Origin: Lama guanicoe
Taxonomy: Eukaryota
DNA: 64,000 bases
Direction of reading: 5' to 3'
Assembly: GCA_013239625.1 (NCBI GenBank)
Contig: MU054391.1
Location: 4,671,824 to 4,735,823, forward strand
This document shows, piece after piece, positions 49,300 to 62,469 of this stretch. The position numbers and the translations under genes are program-made. Below the pieces are notes generated by a model, which was not told the origin of the DNA, ran no database searches, and saw only the letters and a program-made list of their open reading frames with translations. Position 1 is the first letter of the stretch, and each line of letters begins with the position of its first letter.

Positions 49300-51142
49300 A
49301 AGAAAGCCCTTCTATGCAACAGACAGAATGTCCAGGGAGAGGGTCCTCCTGGGCGACCCTCCTAAAAGTGGCCAAGGAGGGTCTATGTGCGCCCCACCCC
49401 AAGCAAATTCTCAGATACCGGAAGCCCCTCGGTGGGTGTTCCACCAGGAGCACGTGGCCGGAGCAGACCGGAACTTCCGAGTCTTGTCCCTGCTAGTGGG
49501 AAGGCAGGGTCCCCAGGACTCAATTAGATGCGACCTAATTCTTTCAGGCCCAAACAGGGCTCAAGCTCCAGTACCAGGTCTGGCGGGGGGACAACACCTG
49601 TCCAGGAGGCCCCACGATCCCAGCATGCAGGTCACACCAGGCCCCACCGGCCAGGAGGCCATGGTCTGAGACAAGGCGGGGGCTTCAAGCCAAGCCCATC
49701 CTGCCTGCCTCTCCTCAGGGTCCTGGGCCCCTCGGATCCCACTCCACATTCTCTACTGGCCTTTTCTGTATTCTGGGGACCCTCTGTCAGCACCACCCTC
49801 ATCCACTTTATTCTTGCCTCAGGGAGGGTCCAGGCCTGGGAGGGCACAGTGGGACCCTCCTGAGTGCCTTGTCCATCCCCTCCCCCAGGCAGCCCACTGA
49901 AGGGCCAGAGAAGGCCCCCTGGGGCGATGGTTCTGGGGAGAGAAAGCACGACGGGAGGATGGAGGGGTGAGGATTCAGCACTGCTTGACGGAGACAGAGT
50001 GCAGGGAGAAGGAGGTGTCCCCGAGAGCACCCGCATCTCTGGGGAGACTGGGGTGCCCTCAAGAAGGATGGCCGAGGCCCAGGTGACATTTATGTGAAGA
50101 AATAAAATGCTGGCACAATCACTCCAGGCACAAGTTAGATCCAGACCCCTGCTGCCCACTTTTGAGGGGGCCAGTTCCTTCCCGAGTGACCACCTGCCCT
50201 TGCATCTCCTTCGTGCTCTGGGTGTAATCACTTCAGAACGCCCTGGAGCAAGGACATCAAAGCCAATTACAAGTTATACTGGGGGAAGAAAAAAAAAAAG
50301 GTTAATTTTTTTTTTTAAGTATTTCCAGGAAACAGCTCTACCTCGATCTGAAGGGGAAAAAAGTAAAAGAAGAAAGTCACGCTCTCGATAAAACTGAGTA
50401 CGGCCTTCCCCTACAGCTTATCTCTTCACACCGACTTTGCAGTCCGTCCTAAAATGGGGTATTTCATAACCTGAAAATTAAACTGATTATTTCATCAGCA
50501 CTTGCTGACACGTCCTCCAAGACAGAGGGGATGGAGGGCGGTGCTGAGACAGGGCTGGGCCCAGGCCAGGGTCGGCCACATGATGCTCCCGACATCAGGA
50601 ACCGGCCGTCCTGGGATCCGTCTTCCTCGTGTGTGACACAGCGGTAGACGACCCTGTCCTGCAGGGTCCTCGTGAGGCTGGCGAAGCCCATGATAAGCCT
50701 AACAGCCAGCTCTGCTCAGCCTCGCCCCACGGCCGGGGCTCGTCCAGCGGCTCCCCGCACTGTTAACCCGTGAACCGCACACAGCCGCCTCGGCCGGACG
50801 ATGTGCAGTCCCCACTTGGCAGAGCCTAGCTTCCTGGAGCCTCCCGAGGAAGAAGGCAATGCATCTCTTCCTAGAAACTCCTGCACAAGACCGTTTTGAG
50901 GGTAAAAGGGTTTGAAATTCTAAGACAGAAACCAATATTGAGCAAATAATAATCATAAGGGAGCACAGGTCCCCTCCACTGGAGGCACAACCACAGAAGA
51001 CCTGTTTCTGCACGTATCCGCCTCGCCAGCCAATTCAAAGACCTGGAGTCCCGGACAGACTCCGCTCACCTCCAAAACCACAGCACTTCAGACCTGGGGC
51101 TCTTTGACCACCCTGGGAAATCAGGATTTTATTTAAGTTGTG

Positions 51143-51403
51143 GCTAATCCCAAACTCCCAATTTACCCTTGGGATCAACAGGTACAAACTGCTACATACA
51201 GAGCAGGTAAACGACAAGGTCCTCCTGTAGAGCACAGGGGGCTATACTCGGTATCTCGTAAGAGCCTATAATGAAAAGAACATGAAAAAGGATATATTTG
51301 TACATGCATAACTGAGTCCCCGTGCTGTACACCAGAAACTAGCATAATGTCGTGAATCAACTACACTGCAATAAAAAAAAAATTATGTAAACAAATAAAT
51401 AAA
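51143..51403 (+). mobile_element. Short L1 3' end with a ~27-bp 5' inversion
   Basis: gctaatcccaaactcccaatttaccct (antisense L1 3'UTR) then sense tgggatcaacagg...gctgtacaccagaaact...polyA; TSD taagttgtggct 51134-51145 / taagttatggct 51404-51415. Confidence 0.8.
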
Positions 51404-52664
51404 TAAGTTATGGCTGCTTCCCCGGCCGTCGACCCATCCTGGCTTCAGCTTGTCTTTCCTTCTGGGGGAGCAGCCCCACGCAGGCAGGGCTGCGTCACAC
51501 TCCCTCCCAGTCTCCACAACAGGGAGTCTGTATTCCACACTCAACAAATATTTGCTGGTTTTTGAAACTTTACTGAGAAGTACTGAAGAGCCCCAGAATG
51601 AAGGGAACCAACACATTGGAAACTTCTCTGGGAGAAACTCATGTTTGCAAAGAAAAGAGCATCTTCCTTTAAATACGTTAAATAAGTTCTTCGCGTGGAG
51701 ATGCAAAAAAAAAAAAATGGTGCTGATAGACTTGCTCAACTCAGGGTTGCCATAAACCTTCTATTTGTTAAAAAAAAAAATAGAAAGAAACCCACGCATT
51801 ATCTGTGAAGACTTCGTGAAGAGCCTTCACGAAAGGAGGTGTGCCTGCAGACGTGCCAGCACCTTCTGTGCGTCTGCTCCAGCTGCTAAGCTGAGGGTAT
51901 CATCTTCCAGAACTGGGGACAGGAAGGCTCCCCCACCTCGGTGGCCCGGAGCTCCAACCACAGGCTTCCCCGGGTTTCCGGCTGGAGGGTCAGGTCTGGG
52001 GGAGTCTGCGAGGTCTGCAGGGTCAGAGCCGCCCTTTGCCCTCACTCTGCAGAGGATCTGGGCACCGGGAACCTCCCCCAGGGCTTTGCAGGAGTCTCGG
52101 GAGGCCTCTTCTCAAATCAATGCAGGAATCAAATGAGAAAAAAGGTTTTGCAGGCAGATGTCCCTGCGAGAGGTGACCACCCTAGTTCCTAGGACGTGGA
52201 TGGTGGGTAACCCCAGACAGATGGAGAAGGGAGAGGAAGGGGGATAGTTCAGCAGGGAACAAAGAAGGCAGCATTATCACCTCACAGCTGGGTCACGGGC
52301 CACAGGGGACTGTCCACCGTTGGCCACCACTGGAACCAGCTGACCCACCTGGGCCTGGCCCCCTAGGCATGCCCAGCTGGCCCGGAGCTCCTCCACCATC
52401 TCGCATTTTGCCTTTTAGGGGGAGCTACTCCCAGCCACCAACCCAGGTGTTAGCATAATGACTAACCTAGGGTCCCGAAGACTGAGGTCCTGGCCCCCCT
52501 CTGCCTCTACTTAGTGTGAGACTCAGGGCCTCAGTTTCCCCTTTCGTCCCATGAGCTAGTTGCATTTGAAGCCCCCAAGTTCCCCTTCAGCAATCATCCC
52601 CCCAATTCCAAGGTAGACACCCCGGTGTTCTTAGCACGAAAACAGCTTCCCCAAAACACCCATC

Positions 52665-53035
52665 GTGAGGGTTAATTGTATGTGTCAACTTGACTGGATC
52701 ACGGGGTGCCCATTTGGGGGCTGGAAGATTACTTCTGGATGTGTCTGTTGGGGTTTTTCCAGATGAAATCAGCATTTGAATTGGTGGATTCGGTAAAGCA
52801 GTGGTGGGGGGGTGCTTCATTTAATCCACTGAGGGTCTGGGGGCGGGGAGACGTGGGCCCTTCCAGCCTGACTGCTGCCCTGGGACGTCGCTCTCCCCTG
52901 CCCTTGGTGGTCCTGGACCTCTGGCCTTCAGACTCGGACGGAACCACGCCACCAGCTCCCCTGCGTCTCCAGCCTGCAGGGATCATGGGACCCTGTAACA
53001 GCACAAGCCAATTCCTTTTAGCAAATAAATGAATA
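52665..53035 (+). mobile_element. ERVL solo LTR (MLT2-like)
   Basis: ggttaattgtatgtgtcaacttgactgg...ttctggatgtgtctg...gtttttccagatgaaatcagcatttgaattggtgga...ccaattcctt...aataaa. Confidence 0.85.
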
Positions 53036-54184
53036 AAGTTCTTTAAACTAATTCAGAGAAGAAGAAAGACAAGGCAAAGGCTGTGACTCCCCCAGCCCGG
53101 GCTCAGGAGTCTGGCTCTGGGAGCTGCCCCAGCTCCACAGCCCGAAACGCCTGCTCCAGGGGGACCGGCTTCTCCAGGCCAGTGGAGTCAACCGCCCTCC
53201 TGGGAGGGCTCTCCCTTCCTCACAGCATCATCAGGGCCTGTGAGTACAATTCTCATTACGGTTCATTTAGAGGAGGGGAAAGGAAAACATTAAACATGTG
53301 TCCTGCAATGCTGCACTCTAGCAGGAAATTGAAATGCCCTTTTTTCTGGCACCGAGGAGCGCCCGGCGGACGGAGCCTGAGACCCCAGAAGCCAGCTGTC
53401 CCGGGCGGCCTCTCCGGTCGGCGTTCTGCGTTCACGTTCTGCGGCGACACTTAGGATCTGAGCAACACAGGACTTTTATTGTCTGCCTCTCTAAATCTGC
53501 CCTGCCGTAACTTAAAAAAAGATGTTACAGCATCTCTATAAAACTATTTGGTTTTAACTAGGTTGTTAAATCTGTTTGCTGAAGTCAGCTCTCAGGCATT
53601 AAGAACTCCAATGGCACGGGGTGTCAAGGATAAATACTGCAGACCGTGTGTGGCACTGGATGAGATTTATTTTGCAAACGTTGCCAACCCCAAAAAGGAG
53701 ATTATATGTTTCGGGAGATAGGGCACCATTCTATGAGAGATGTTCATTTAGATTTTTTTTTTTACACCAAAGGGCATTAAGTCTCTTCATAAATATTAAC
53801 TAAAGTTTGTTGCAGGGCATAAGCTCCCAAGTAGGGGGGCCAGCGGGCAGACTGGGCCCCCAGGTACGGACTGTGCCTTCCCCAGGGAGAGCTGGCCTCT
53901 CCCTCCCGTGTGACATAAACCGTCTGCTTTCATGATTCCTGAAGAGTCAGGAAACACTTAGAGTCAGCCCATCCGTATTTTTAATTGTGTCTCTCACGGT
54001 AGCTGCTTCTTTGGTGGCAACTGAAATATTCAAATACCTAATCAGTGATGCTCTTTTCCCTTCCTGTGACTTATATTTGTGACACCGCAGCCGTTCCGAG
54101 GATGCCAAACCCTTACAGCTGTTTGTTTATAAAAGTAAGAAGACACACGAGCCTATCACGTGCATTTCTAAAATTTACTTTATT

Positions 54185-54390
54185 TAAACCAGGGGCAGCT
54201 TTGCCGTCTGCCCCCAGGAGGCATTTGATGATGTTACTTTCTGTTGTCGCTCCTGGGGTTGAGGGGTGTGGCAGCACCTGGCAGAGGCCGGGGAGGCTTC
54301 TAGACATCCTGCAGGGCAGAGGACAGCTCCGCAAGCAGGATTCATCCCACCAGGAGTGTCCGCAGTTCCAGCGGCAATGAAATCTGATAG
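54185..54390. mobile_element. MER20-like hAT-Charlie element
   Basis: aaccaggggcagctttgcc...ccccaggaggcatttg...gaggccgggaggcttctagacatcctgcagggcagaggacagctcc. Confidence 0.7.
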
Positions 54391-54529
54391 ATCAACAAGA
54401 ACTCTCCTTCCCACAGAAAATGGGAGCGAGGGCTCCCGTACTCGAGAGCTCTGAAGGCACCGGTGCTTTGCTGAGATTATCTCATTCAATCCTGCTTCTA
54501 TTTGAAACAATCTTTTCTAATACGACCTG

Positions 54530-55740
54530 AAATTTTGTGTTCTACAAAAGCCATGTGTGATCAAAAATTGTCAATGACCTAAATCCAACCAAAAATGTTC
54601 CGCCTACATCTCATTTGACCTCTGGGCAGCATTCAGCCCTGCCCACCTCATTTCCATCTTGGAAAACTTTGCTGACTGGCTGGTGCCACCTCTCCAACCT
54701 CCAGCCTCCCCTTCTCTGCCACTTTCCCAGACCTTCCCCAAGCCAGTTAATGCCAGAGCCCTTCGAGGCTCAAATCGAGACCCTCCCCTCCTCTCCTGGT
54801 GGGCTCTGTGCCTGGAAAAGCTTGGCCACACCTCCCACCACGGACAACTCAGAGTATAGGATTCCAGCCCCAAACTCTCTGTACTCCACATTCATCCCAC
54901 TGCCCGCCTGACTGTCCTCTCCTCAGGGCATCTCAAGGGCAACTCGAAGAAATGTAACTGAAATCTCCCCCTCCCCATCCCTGCCCTCTTCCAGGCTCCC
55001 TGGCTGGCTGGGGGATGGCCCCCATTTACCCAATTGTGGGGCTGGAGCCCACGGTCAATCTCTCCCCTTCCCTCTTCCCAAGGGCCTATAACCAAAGCAT
55101 CACCCAACCTTGTGGTTACTTCCAAAATACTTTCAAACCCATCCACTTCCCTCCAATCTCTGTTCCACACCCTTGCACAAATTGCCACTGGCTCTAACCT
55201 GGACCCCCGCGGGAGACCCCCTCCTAGACCACCAGCATCCCTCTGCTTCCTCTCACCTGGAGCCACCATGGCCTTTTTAGATGCATGTCACACCCTGATA
55301 ACCCCAAAGCACCTGCACACTCACACACATGCAGGAACGTACTCCTGGCTCTCCAGTGCTCTCAGGGTAAAGCACAACTTCTGACCTTGGCCTGTGAGAC
55401 CCTGTATGTTCTGGTCCCCACCTTCCCTGCCAATACTTTGGCCTTTCAGTGCCCCCGCTCCCCGTGACTGCAGGGCCTTTGCACATGCTCTTCCTCTGCC
55501 TGGAGCACCCTCTCCTCTCCCATCAGCTCTTACCCATCCTTCAGATCGGCTCACCCTCACTTCCTCCAGGACGTCTCTGCCCTCTCCCTGGCCTGTAATG
55601 TCCTCTTCGAGCATCGTGATCCAGGCTCCGAAGTACCCACCCACTTGTGATTTTACGTGTTTTACGTGTGTCATCGTTCAGCTGTCCTCTGTGTCTCCAT
55701 CAAGTACAAACAGCTTGAGGGCAGGGAAACTGGGGTCTTA
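54530..55740 (+). mobile_element. L2 LINE fragment
   Basis: gtcaatgacct; catctcatttgacctctgggcagcatt; gggcatctcaa; cagggcctttgcacatgctcttcctctgcctggagcacc; agcttgagggcaggga. Confidence 0.75.
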
Positions 55741-58700
55741 GAGACGTTAAGTAACTCAGCCAGCACCGATGAGTAAATTCAGATGCTGTCTGACTCCATA
55801 GGCCACCATTCTCTTAAGGACATGGAATTGCAGTTAAAGACGTGTAAATATCTAAACTCTGGTTTGATCTAAATAGCACCTCGATCACAGACAAATCTTC
55901 TAAATGGAACAAATGAATGAATGAATGACTTACGCTCTCCATTTGCCTTCCTCTCAGATCCTGATCTATGTTTACAGTTTTCAAAATTTAAGAATTGGCT
56001 GCCTAGAGAGAAACATCCCCACTTCCACAATGTCCCTTCTGATCCAGCGCGCCCCGTTTGACAAGCGTGCCCCTCCCTCCATCAAGAGCCAGAAAGGCCG
56101 TTGCTACATCCTTGCCTCTTCTCAGCGCCCAGCCCTGATTTGGGAAGGAGGGAACTGCTCAGCCTACAGAGCAGGCACGTCTCTTGTTCAGGCCTGACAA
56201 TCACGGGGCCCTTTTTGTGGTGTCAGTTTTATGAGGATAAATGCTTTTAGTGTAAGGCTTAGCATAATCATTAATAAAAAGAGTCACTGGCAGCCAGTAA
56301 TTACTCTGGACCTGAGAATGCAGAAAGAACCATGGTGAAATCAAGTAGTTTTCATAAAGGGAAAGGGCAAAAACCTGGAAATACATATTTAGTAAAGAAA
56401 TGGGATGAGAAGGAAAAAGAGCTCAAAAATGGAAGATATAGGAAAGTGAACCAAAGACAAGATACTGCAGAAAGTGGAAGTTCTATGGTTTCGATTGGGA
56501 GAGTGATACATGTTGACTGTCCAGAGACTGACCCAAAACGTGGCAACAGGTCACTGTAAAGGGGGGGGGTTGATAAATAGGTAGCTTTGTTCCAATTTTC
56601 CATCTTTAAACTTACCTTCGTTGCAGAACACAGCTCAAAGTCTTAAAATGCATTTCAGAGTAGCTTTATAAGGTTCTGAGCTGACTTCATTCACTTTGTC
56701 CTGCACTTTCAAATGTGAGAGAGATTTTGCAGAGCCCACGAATCACATTGCCTGTTAGGTGGGTAATTGATCTTAAATTCTTTGTTTCTGGGATCCCCAG
56801 TTGGATCACACTTAACTACTCTGAAAAGAGTGCAGGAAGCCGTGGAGGGCCGTGCGTGGGGCGCCGGGGAACCAGACGCCCCACCCTGGGAGGCGCGGGG
56901 CTGGTGGGGCCGCACCAGCCCCGGTGTGAAGTCCCAGGCTCTGCACGGCGGGGATCAGCAGGCGCCCTGAGGACAGACAAGCAGGGAAGCCCTTAGTCAC
57001 ACCGACTGCTCGCAGCTCTCTTCTCTCTCCTCCCTCCCCCCATCCTCCACCCGCCTCCCCGTGCTTGGCACACAGGAGGAAGCTGGCCACAGAGTCCTTT
57101 CAAACCGTCTCAACCAGACCCAGGAGGAAGCTCAGCTCTTCCCGGTAGCAGCCGAGTGGTGGGCTGACCCTCCCTGAGCGCCATTTCTTCACCAGCGAGA
57201 TGGGATCGTAATGCCAGCAGGAGAGGCTGCTGTGAGGATCGACAGAGGTGACCCAGATTCCTCTCCCCGGACAGTGCCTGTCACATTCCACCAGCCACTG
57301 CTCCTGGTCGCCTCCCTTCACTCCAAGTTCACCCCGAGACTGTCCTGATGACATTTGCTGAGCCATCGCCTCCCTAGTGGAAAGCTCTCCTCCCTCCCCG
57401 TGGTCCCCAACAACCTCAGACCTGGGACTCCTCTTGCCTCCTGTGTACTTTGGGGCCTGATGTAGCTTTTAATGCCACAGGACCAGAGTCACAGCTCGGT
57501 CGGGGTCCACCGCGCCTAGATCGTAAGGAGGCAGGAGTCACCAGAACCACCTCCCCACGTGTCAGGAAGCAGCTCTCCTCCCCAAGAACATAAGGCTTAT
57601 TGCAAAGTAACCCAAAGCGATGCTTCCCCAGTGCCCCTCGGGTGTATAATCTCATGCAAGCCTCTGCACCCAAATTACAATTTTTGAGAAGACAATGTTT
57701 CTGCTACTAAAGAATGCAATATCTCAGGCAATCGGAGAAAAGATCTAGGCAGACGTGTGGAATGAAAGCTTCATCCCGAGTTCTGAGGATGGAGCCAGGG
57801 GGTGAGGGGGGAGCCACAGCACCCACAAAGCCACTTGTCTAAAGAACCGTCTTATTATACAGCCTGGACCCCCAGGTGCACACATGAAGACGAAAAGCTG
57901 GAATGGGAAGAAGGGGAGGGAGGAGAATCAGAGGCTCAAGTCTGCTGTGCAGGAGGGGACGGAGGACGTGCCAGAACTCACCAAAACATCCTCCCAGATC
58001 CCAAGCTCCTCATACGGCCGTACTTTCCAGCAGGTGATGGTTAACATCATCAATGTGCAGACACGCCGAGACTCCTTGACTTCTCCACTCCCTGTGACTT
58101 GACACCTAGCTTTCCTTCCCTTTCTAGAACTTTGAAGGGCGCTACCGCTGAAGCTTCCAGTGCTGGGCACTTGCTGGCTCTCACACAGACTGTGTCCAAT
58201 GGCCCAGTCACTCAGGATCGAGCTGTTCACTCACTGTCAAAGGCGGTCACAGGATCTCCAGCAACACAGAGCATCTCATTACACTGGATTCAATTAGCAG
58301 CAAGGTCGCAAAGATGGAAAATGCTGCTGCCTGGGGGGAAAACGAGCTGAGAAGTAGAAGGCTGGGTGTCTTGGGAAGGTGGGCATGCACATCACTCTTT
58401 TTCCAACTTCTCGACTCCAGTTTATTACTTTTACAGTCCCAAATCGATTTTTTAAATTGTAAGTGGCTAAAAAAGATTGTGTCCAAAAAGTACGTTTGTT
58501 AGTCAGTATTCTTTATATCAGACTGTAATGTCCCTTGGAAAAAGTACTTCCAGGCTAGCTCACCAATGTAATTTTGCTCTGATTTCAGCAACTTAACACC
58601 TCTGGGGACCACAGAGGGGGTTCACCCTGTTTCTTGGGAAAGTCGTTCTCCAGTCGTGAGCCTCTCACTCCTCCTCCCCCAGCTCAGACAGGGCAGAGCT

Positions 58701-59536
58701 CCAGGGAAGCCCAGAGGGTGGTTTCCTGGAGCCCTGGCTGAAAAGGGGGTGTCTCTAACCCACAGGTTGCAGAGCCAGAAGGCAGAGTGACACCAGAGTC
58801 CTGTGCACCAGAGAGAACTTATTTAGGTCAGGAAAGTGCTCTGACACCAGGGCATCCAGCCCCGGACCTCACACAGACTTGGGTAGAAAGGGGCCAGTGG
58901 GAGGGGAGGAGAGGGGCTTTGGGGGAACAAGAGGGCGGAGCTGGTAGGTGACCAGCGCCCTGGCCTCATCCTGAAAGGGAGGGCCCCTTGCCCGGCCTTC
59001 TAGCAAAAACCCCAGCAGGTGCATATGCACCCTTGGGCCCTGAGGATCCTGGAGCCCCCCGACCCTGTCTCTAGACCCCACTCCCGTCCATGGGGACAGG
59101 GGCAGGGCAGCCCCATTCCTGCCCTGGGCCCCCAGCACAGCAGTCCGGGCAAGAACACAGGACCACATGACAATGGGGGCCCTTAGTGCGCCTCGGGCAC
59201 GGCTGCCCACAGAGTGGGGTCCGGGGCTCGGGGCCTTGTCCCACCCCCTCACCCACAGAGTTCAATCCTCCCTGCAGAGAAGAGCTCACTGGCCGGCCGG
59301 GCGTGCACAGGAGGAGGAGGAATTGCCTTTCACATCCACGGGGTCAGCACTGTCAGGGCAGGACCCCCGCGGCCAGCGGGCCAGGCGAGGCGGCGGCTCC
59401 AGGCGCGCGGCAGCCCTGGAGCTCAGGGCTCGGGAAGGGAGAGGTGACTTCGCCCCACCTCGAGGCCCGGTCTCCCTCTAACGACTGTGGACTCACTCCA
59501 ACCGCAAGCTTCTCCTTCATCCATGACTCTCACAGG

Positions 59537-59573
59537 CCTGTTTCAGTGCTTTTCAGACACCACTTAGAGAAAG
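59537..59573 (+). repeat. 37-bp direct repeat, copy 1
   Basis: cctgtttcagtgcttttcagacaccacttagagaaag; 36/37 identical to 62433-62469. Confidence 0.9.
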
Positions 59574-61184
59574 CTCAGACGCATTAAAGCAAATCTCCTC
59601 TCACCTGTTCACCCCCCGCCCAGGTGCCCAATTGTGTGCCACCTGGCAGCTACCAATCCTAACTTCGCCCAGTGCGTCTCGTCCTGCCAGGTCCCCGCGC
59701 CTTTCATCTCTCGCCCTGGAGGTAAGTGGCACAGTTGCCTGTCAGTCCCATGATGATCGGCATCTTCTGAAGTGGGCAGCCTCTCTTTTTGAGTCAATTC
59801 GTAACAAACTCCCAGAATGAGGGACAGACATCCAGCATCTCTCCTCTGCATCTGCTGGATGGAACCTGCACTCCCCCTCCCTTTCTCACATGTCCTCTGC
59901 TCTGCCTTCTGGTTCAGAAGTCACCTCCTTGGAGTCGATGGAGAGAAATAAAGTGACCGATGACCGTTGACTTGAGGTATCTGGTGCCCAGTATCTGAGA
60001 CCATCCCTGGCTCGGTCACTTTGGAAGAAACTCAAACTCAGTTACTCACTTAACCCTGATACCTGGCACCTGTGATGGAACTCAGGCGGGAGAAAGAAAA
60101 GCCTGGGGAGTGATCGAGAGAGAAACTAACCACCACCCTGACGGCTCAGAAAGAAATGACCCGGGGGCTCCTCTTGGTGGAACAGCACAGACGCTCTGGG
60201 ATGTCCTTGTGCAGGAGAGCACCTTCACCCCGCAGTGAGCCTGTGTTCTCTTCCAGTAAAATCCCAGTTTGCACGATGATGTCTGAAGCTGGGCCTGAGA
60301 GAAATAAAAGGAGAGCACCACCCCCCCCCGGCCCCGCTTACAGCAAATTCCCAGAACAGAAATCATTTAGGGCCACCGTCCCCTCATGGCATCTTGTTCC
60401 GGGGCCGCATCTGTTGTCTCGTCTGACTGTGCCTGTTTGGTCCCTTCCACTGACTTCCCCACTTCCTTTTCTCTTTTAAGCATCCCCACCTCCCGCTTTC
60501 AACCCTAAGCCTCCTCTCGGTGATGGGTGGTGTCAGCAGGACAGGCAGGAGAGGCCAGTACAGCCACGTGCACTTGGGGCTCCCAAAAATAGTCTTTGTT
60601 TAGGGTGGATTTGAGCCCGACACTTGTGTTTGAGTCAATGTCTTTGCTGTAAATGGCCTCAGTTTCTGATGCTGTCCTGAGAGGCTGGCCATCCAGTCCC
60701 CACCCCAGGCTCATGAATCACAGCCGACTGTCTCAAGACAAGCTCTGGGCTGTCCTGGAGAACCTCCAGGGTCCTGTCCCATGCTCGCCACCTCCCGCTG
60801 GCCCTGACATGCCGGCCAGCTCCCTTTCCTGGTCCCTAGCCCAAGCAAACACGTCCAGTGGGGTCAGAAGCTCTAAGGTGCCCATCTGGCCACTTTCTTG
60901 GACTTCCTGCGACCAGCTCCATGTGGCCACACCTGCCTGCCATCCTCTTCACCTTTATTTGTGTTTCGTCTCTTCCTTCTGACATCCACCATCTTTTCCA
61001 CAGCCATTAGCCAGCTGAAACAGACTAGAGAGAACAAATATGGCGCCCAGCCACCCCTGCACCCACCACTCCTTGTCCAGCAGCTGGAGTACGCTGAGTA
61101 AATCACTGGCACATGGTGACAGTGTTGGAGACGTGCCAAAGGCCTGTCATGGCCTCACCAGGCCACACGGGGTCAATGGGAATG

Positions 61185-61320
61185 AAGAGGCCACTGTCTC
61201 CATTTTATAAATGAGGAAACCCCACCTCCAAGGCCTCGGAGCGACTGGGCCACACAGCGAATAACTGGCCGCCCCTGAGCTCAAACCTGGAATCTCGGCT
61301 GCCAAATCCTTTAGTTCCTC
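61185..61320 (-). mobile_element. MIR SINE
   Basis: tctccattttataaatgaggaaacc...ggccacacagcgaataactggc...ctcaaacctggaatct. Confidence 0.6.
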
Positions 61321-62432
61321 AGCATTGCCCTGCTCCCTCGGCTGCTGGGAAGTGAGGAGACAAAGAAGGAAGATGGCCTTGACCCTCAGAGAACTCAGGC
61401 CCACGGTGGGGTGCAATGTTGAAGCAGCAGGAACACAGACTACGATCAGGGGCCCAAGGGGTGGTGCCCAGGAGGGGAAGGGGTCGGGGACGAAGGCCTG
61501 AAAGAGCGGGGCTGGACCTCCCAGGACACCCCCACCCCCGTTGGTCTCTCCCACCGTGTTCTTGGCACTTAGAATTAGTCCTGATTGTTTCTGGCTATAT
61601 TTAGATTCCGATTATGAGCTATGATTGTCATGTACGATTCCAGGCTCCAATCCGAAGGTGTTCTTGTGTATTGCAGGCTCCCCAGCAGACTTTGAGCTCC
61701 AGGACCATGTCTGGCACTTAGTAAGTGTTCAGTGGACATCTGCAAAGTGAACGGATGGTGGGATCAAAGTCATGTTCCTTCCTACCCCACACGCTTCATT
61801 GTCACTATAGAGTGATGCTCCCCCGAAGAGGCTCAGGAAGGCAACAAACAGATCACTTGGGCTCTGGTTCAGGAAGACTGACAGCCCTTGCAACTGTGAG
61901 AGGCAGGACAGGGCAGTTTCCATCTCCAGAAGCAAATAAAATAGATGGGGTTAGGATATAGGAAGAAAGGCTAAAGGAACAGTGATTATTTTCACATTTA
62001 AAGGGAAAAGTCAACTGGGTAATTTAATAAAGAGCTCTAAGAATAATTCATTAGACTTACTGCTCCTTCACTAGATGAAGAAGAGAAACTGGTTTCAGTT
62101 TCACCAAGGTAGTGCATGCAAGAATTCACTACAGTAAGAAAGCAGAAAAGAGAAACCATTTCCTTGGAAGGCGCTTTCTAGAAGCACGCAGTTGTCCCGT
62201 GCACGGGAGACAGCCCGGAGGCCGGCAGAGCAGGTGTCCCCATGTGGTCTCACCTGGATGTCGTTGGGGAATTTCTCTAAGACAAGCATTTCAGGGCCCA
62301 TGGAAAGGTCCCTCGGTTATGTGTCCATAACAGAAACAAAAATCTTCTAATAAAAATATTCTTGTTCCAAGTTCGCAAATGTTTTCTTTTAAAATTATTC
62401 TTAAAGAAATTCCAATTACCATGGTGTCCTGA

Positions 62433-62469
62433 CCTGTTTCAGTGTTTTTCAGACACCACTTAGAGAAAG
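62433..62469 (+). repeat. 37-bp direct repeat, copy 2
   Basis: cctgtttcagtgtttttcagacaccacttagagaaag. Confidence 0.9.
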
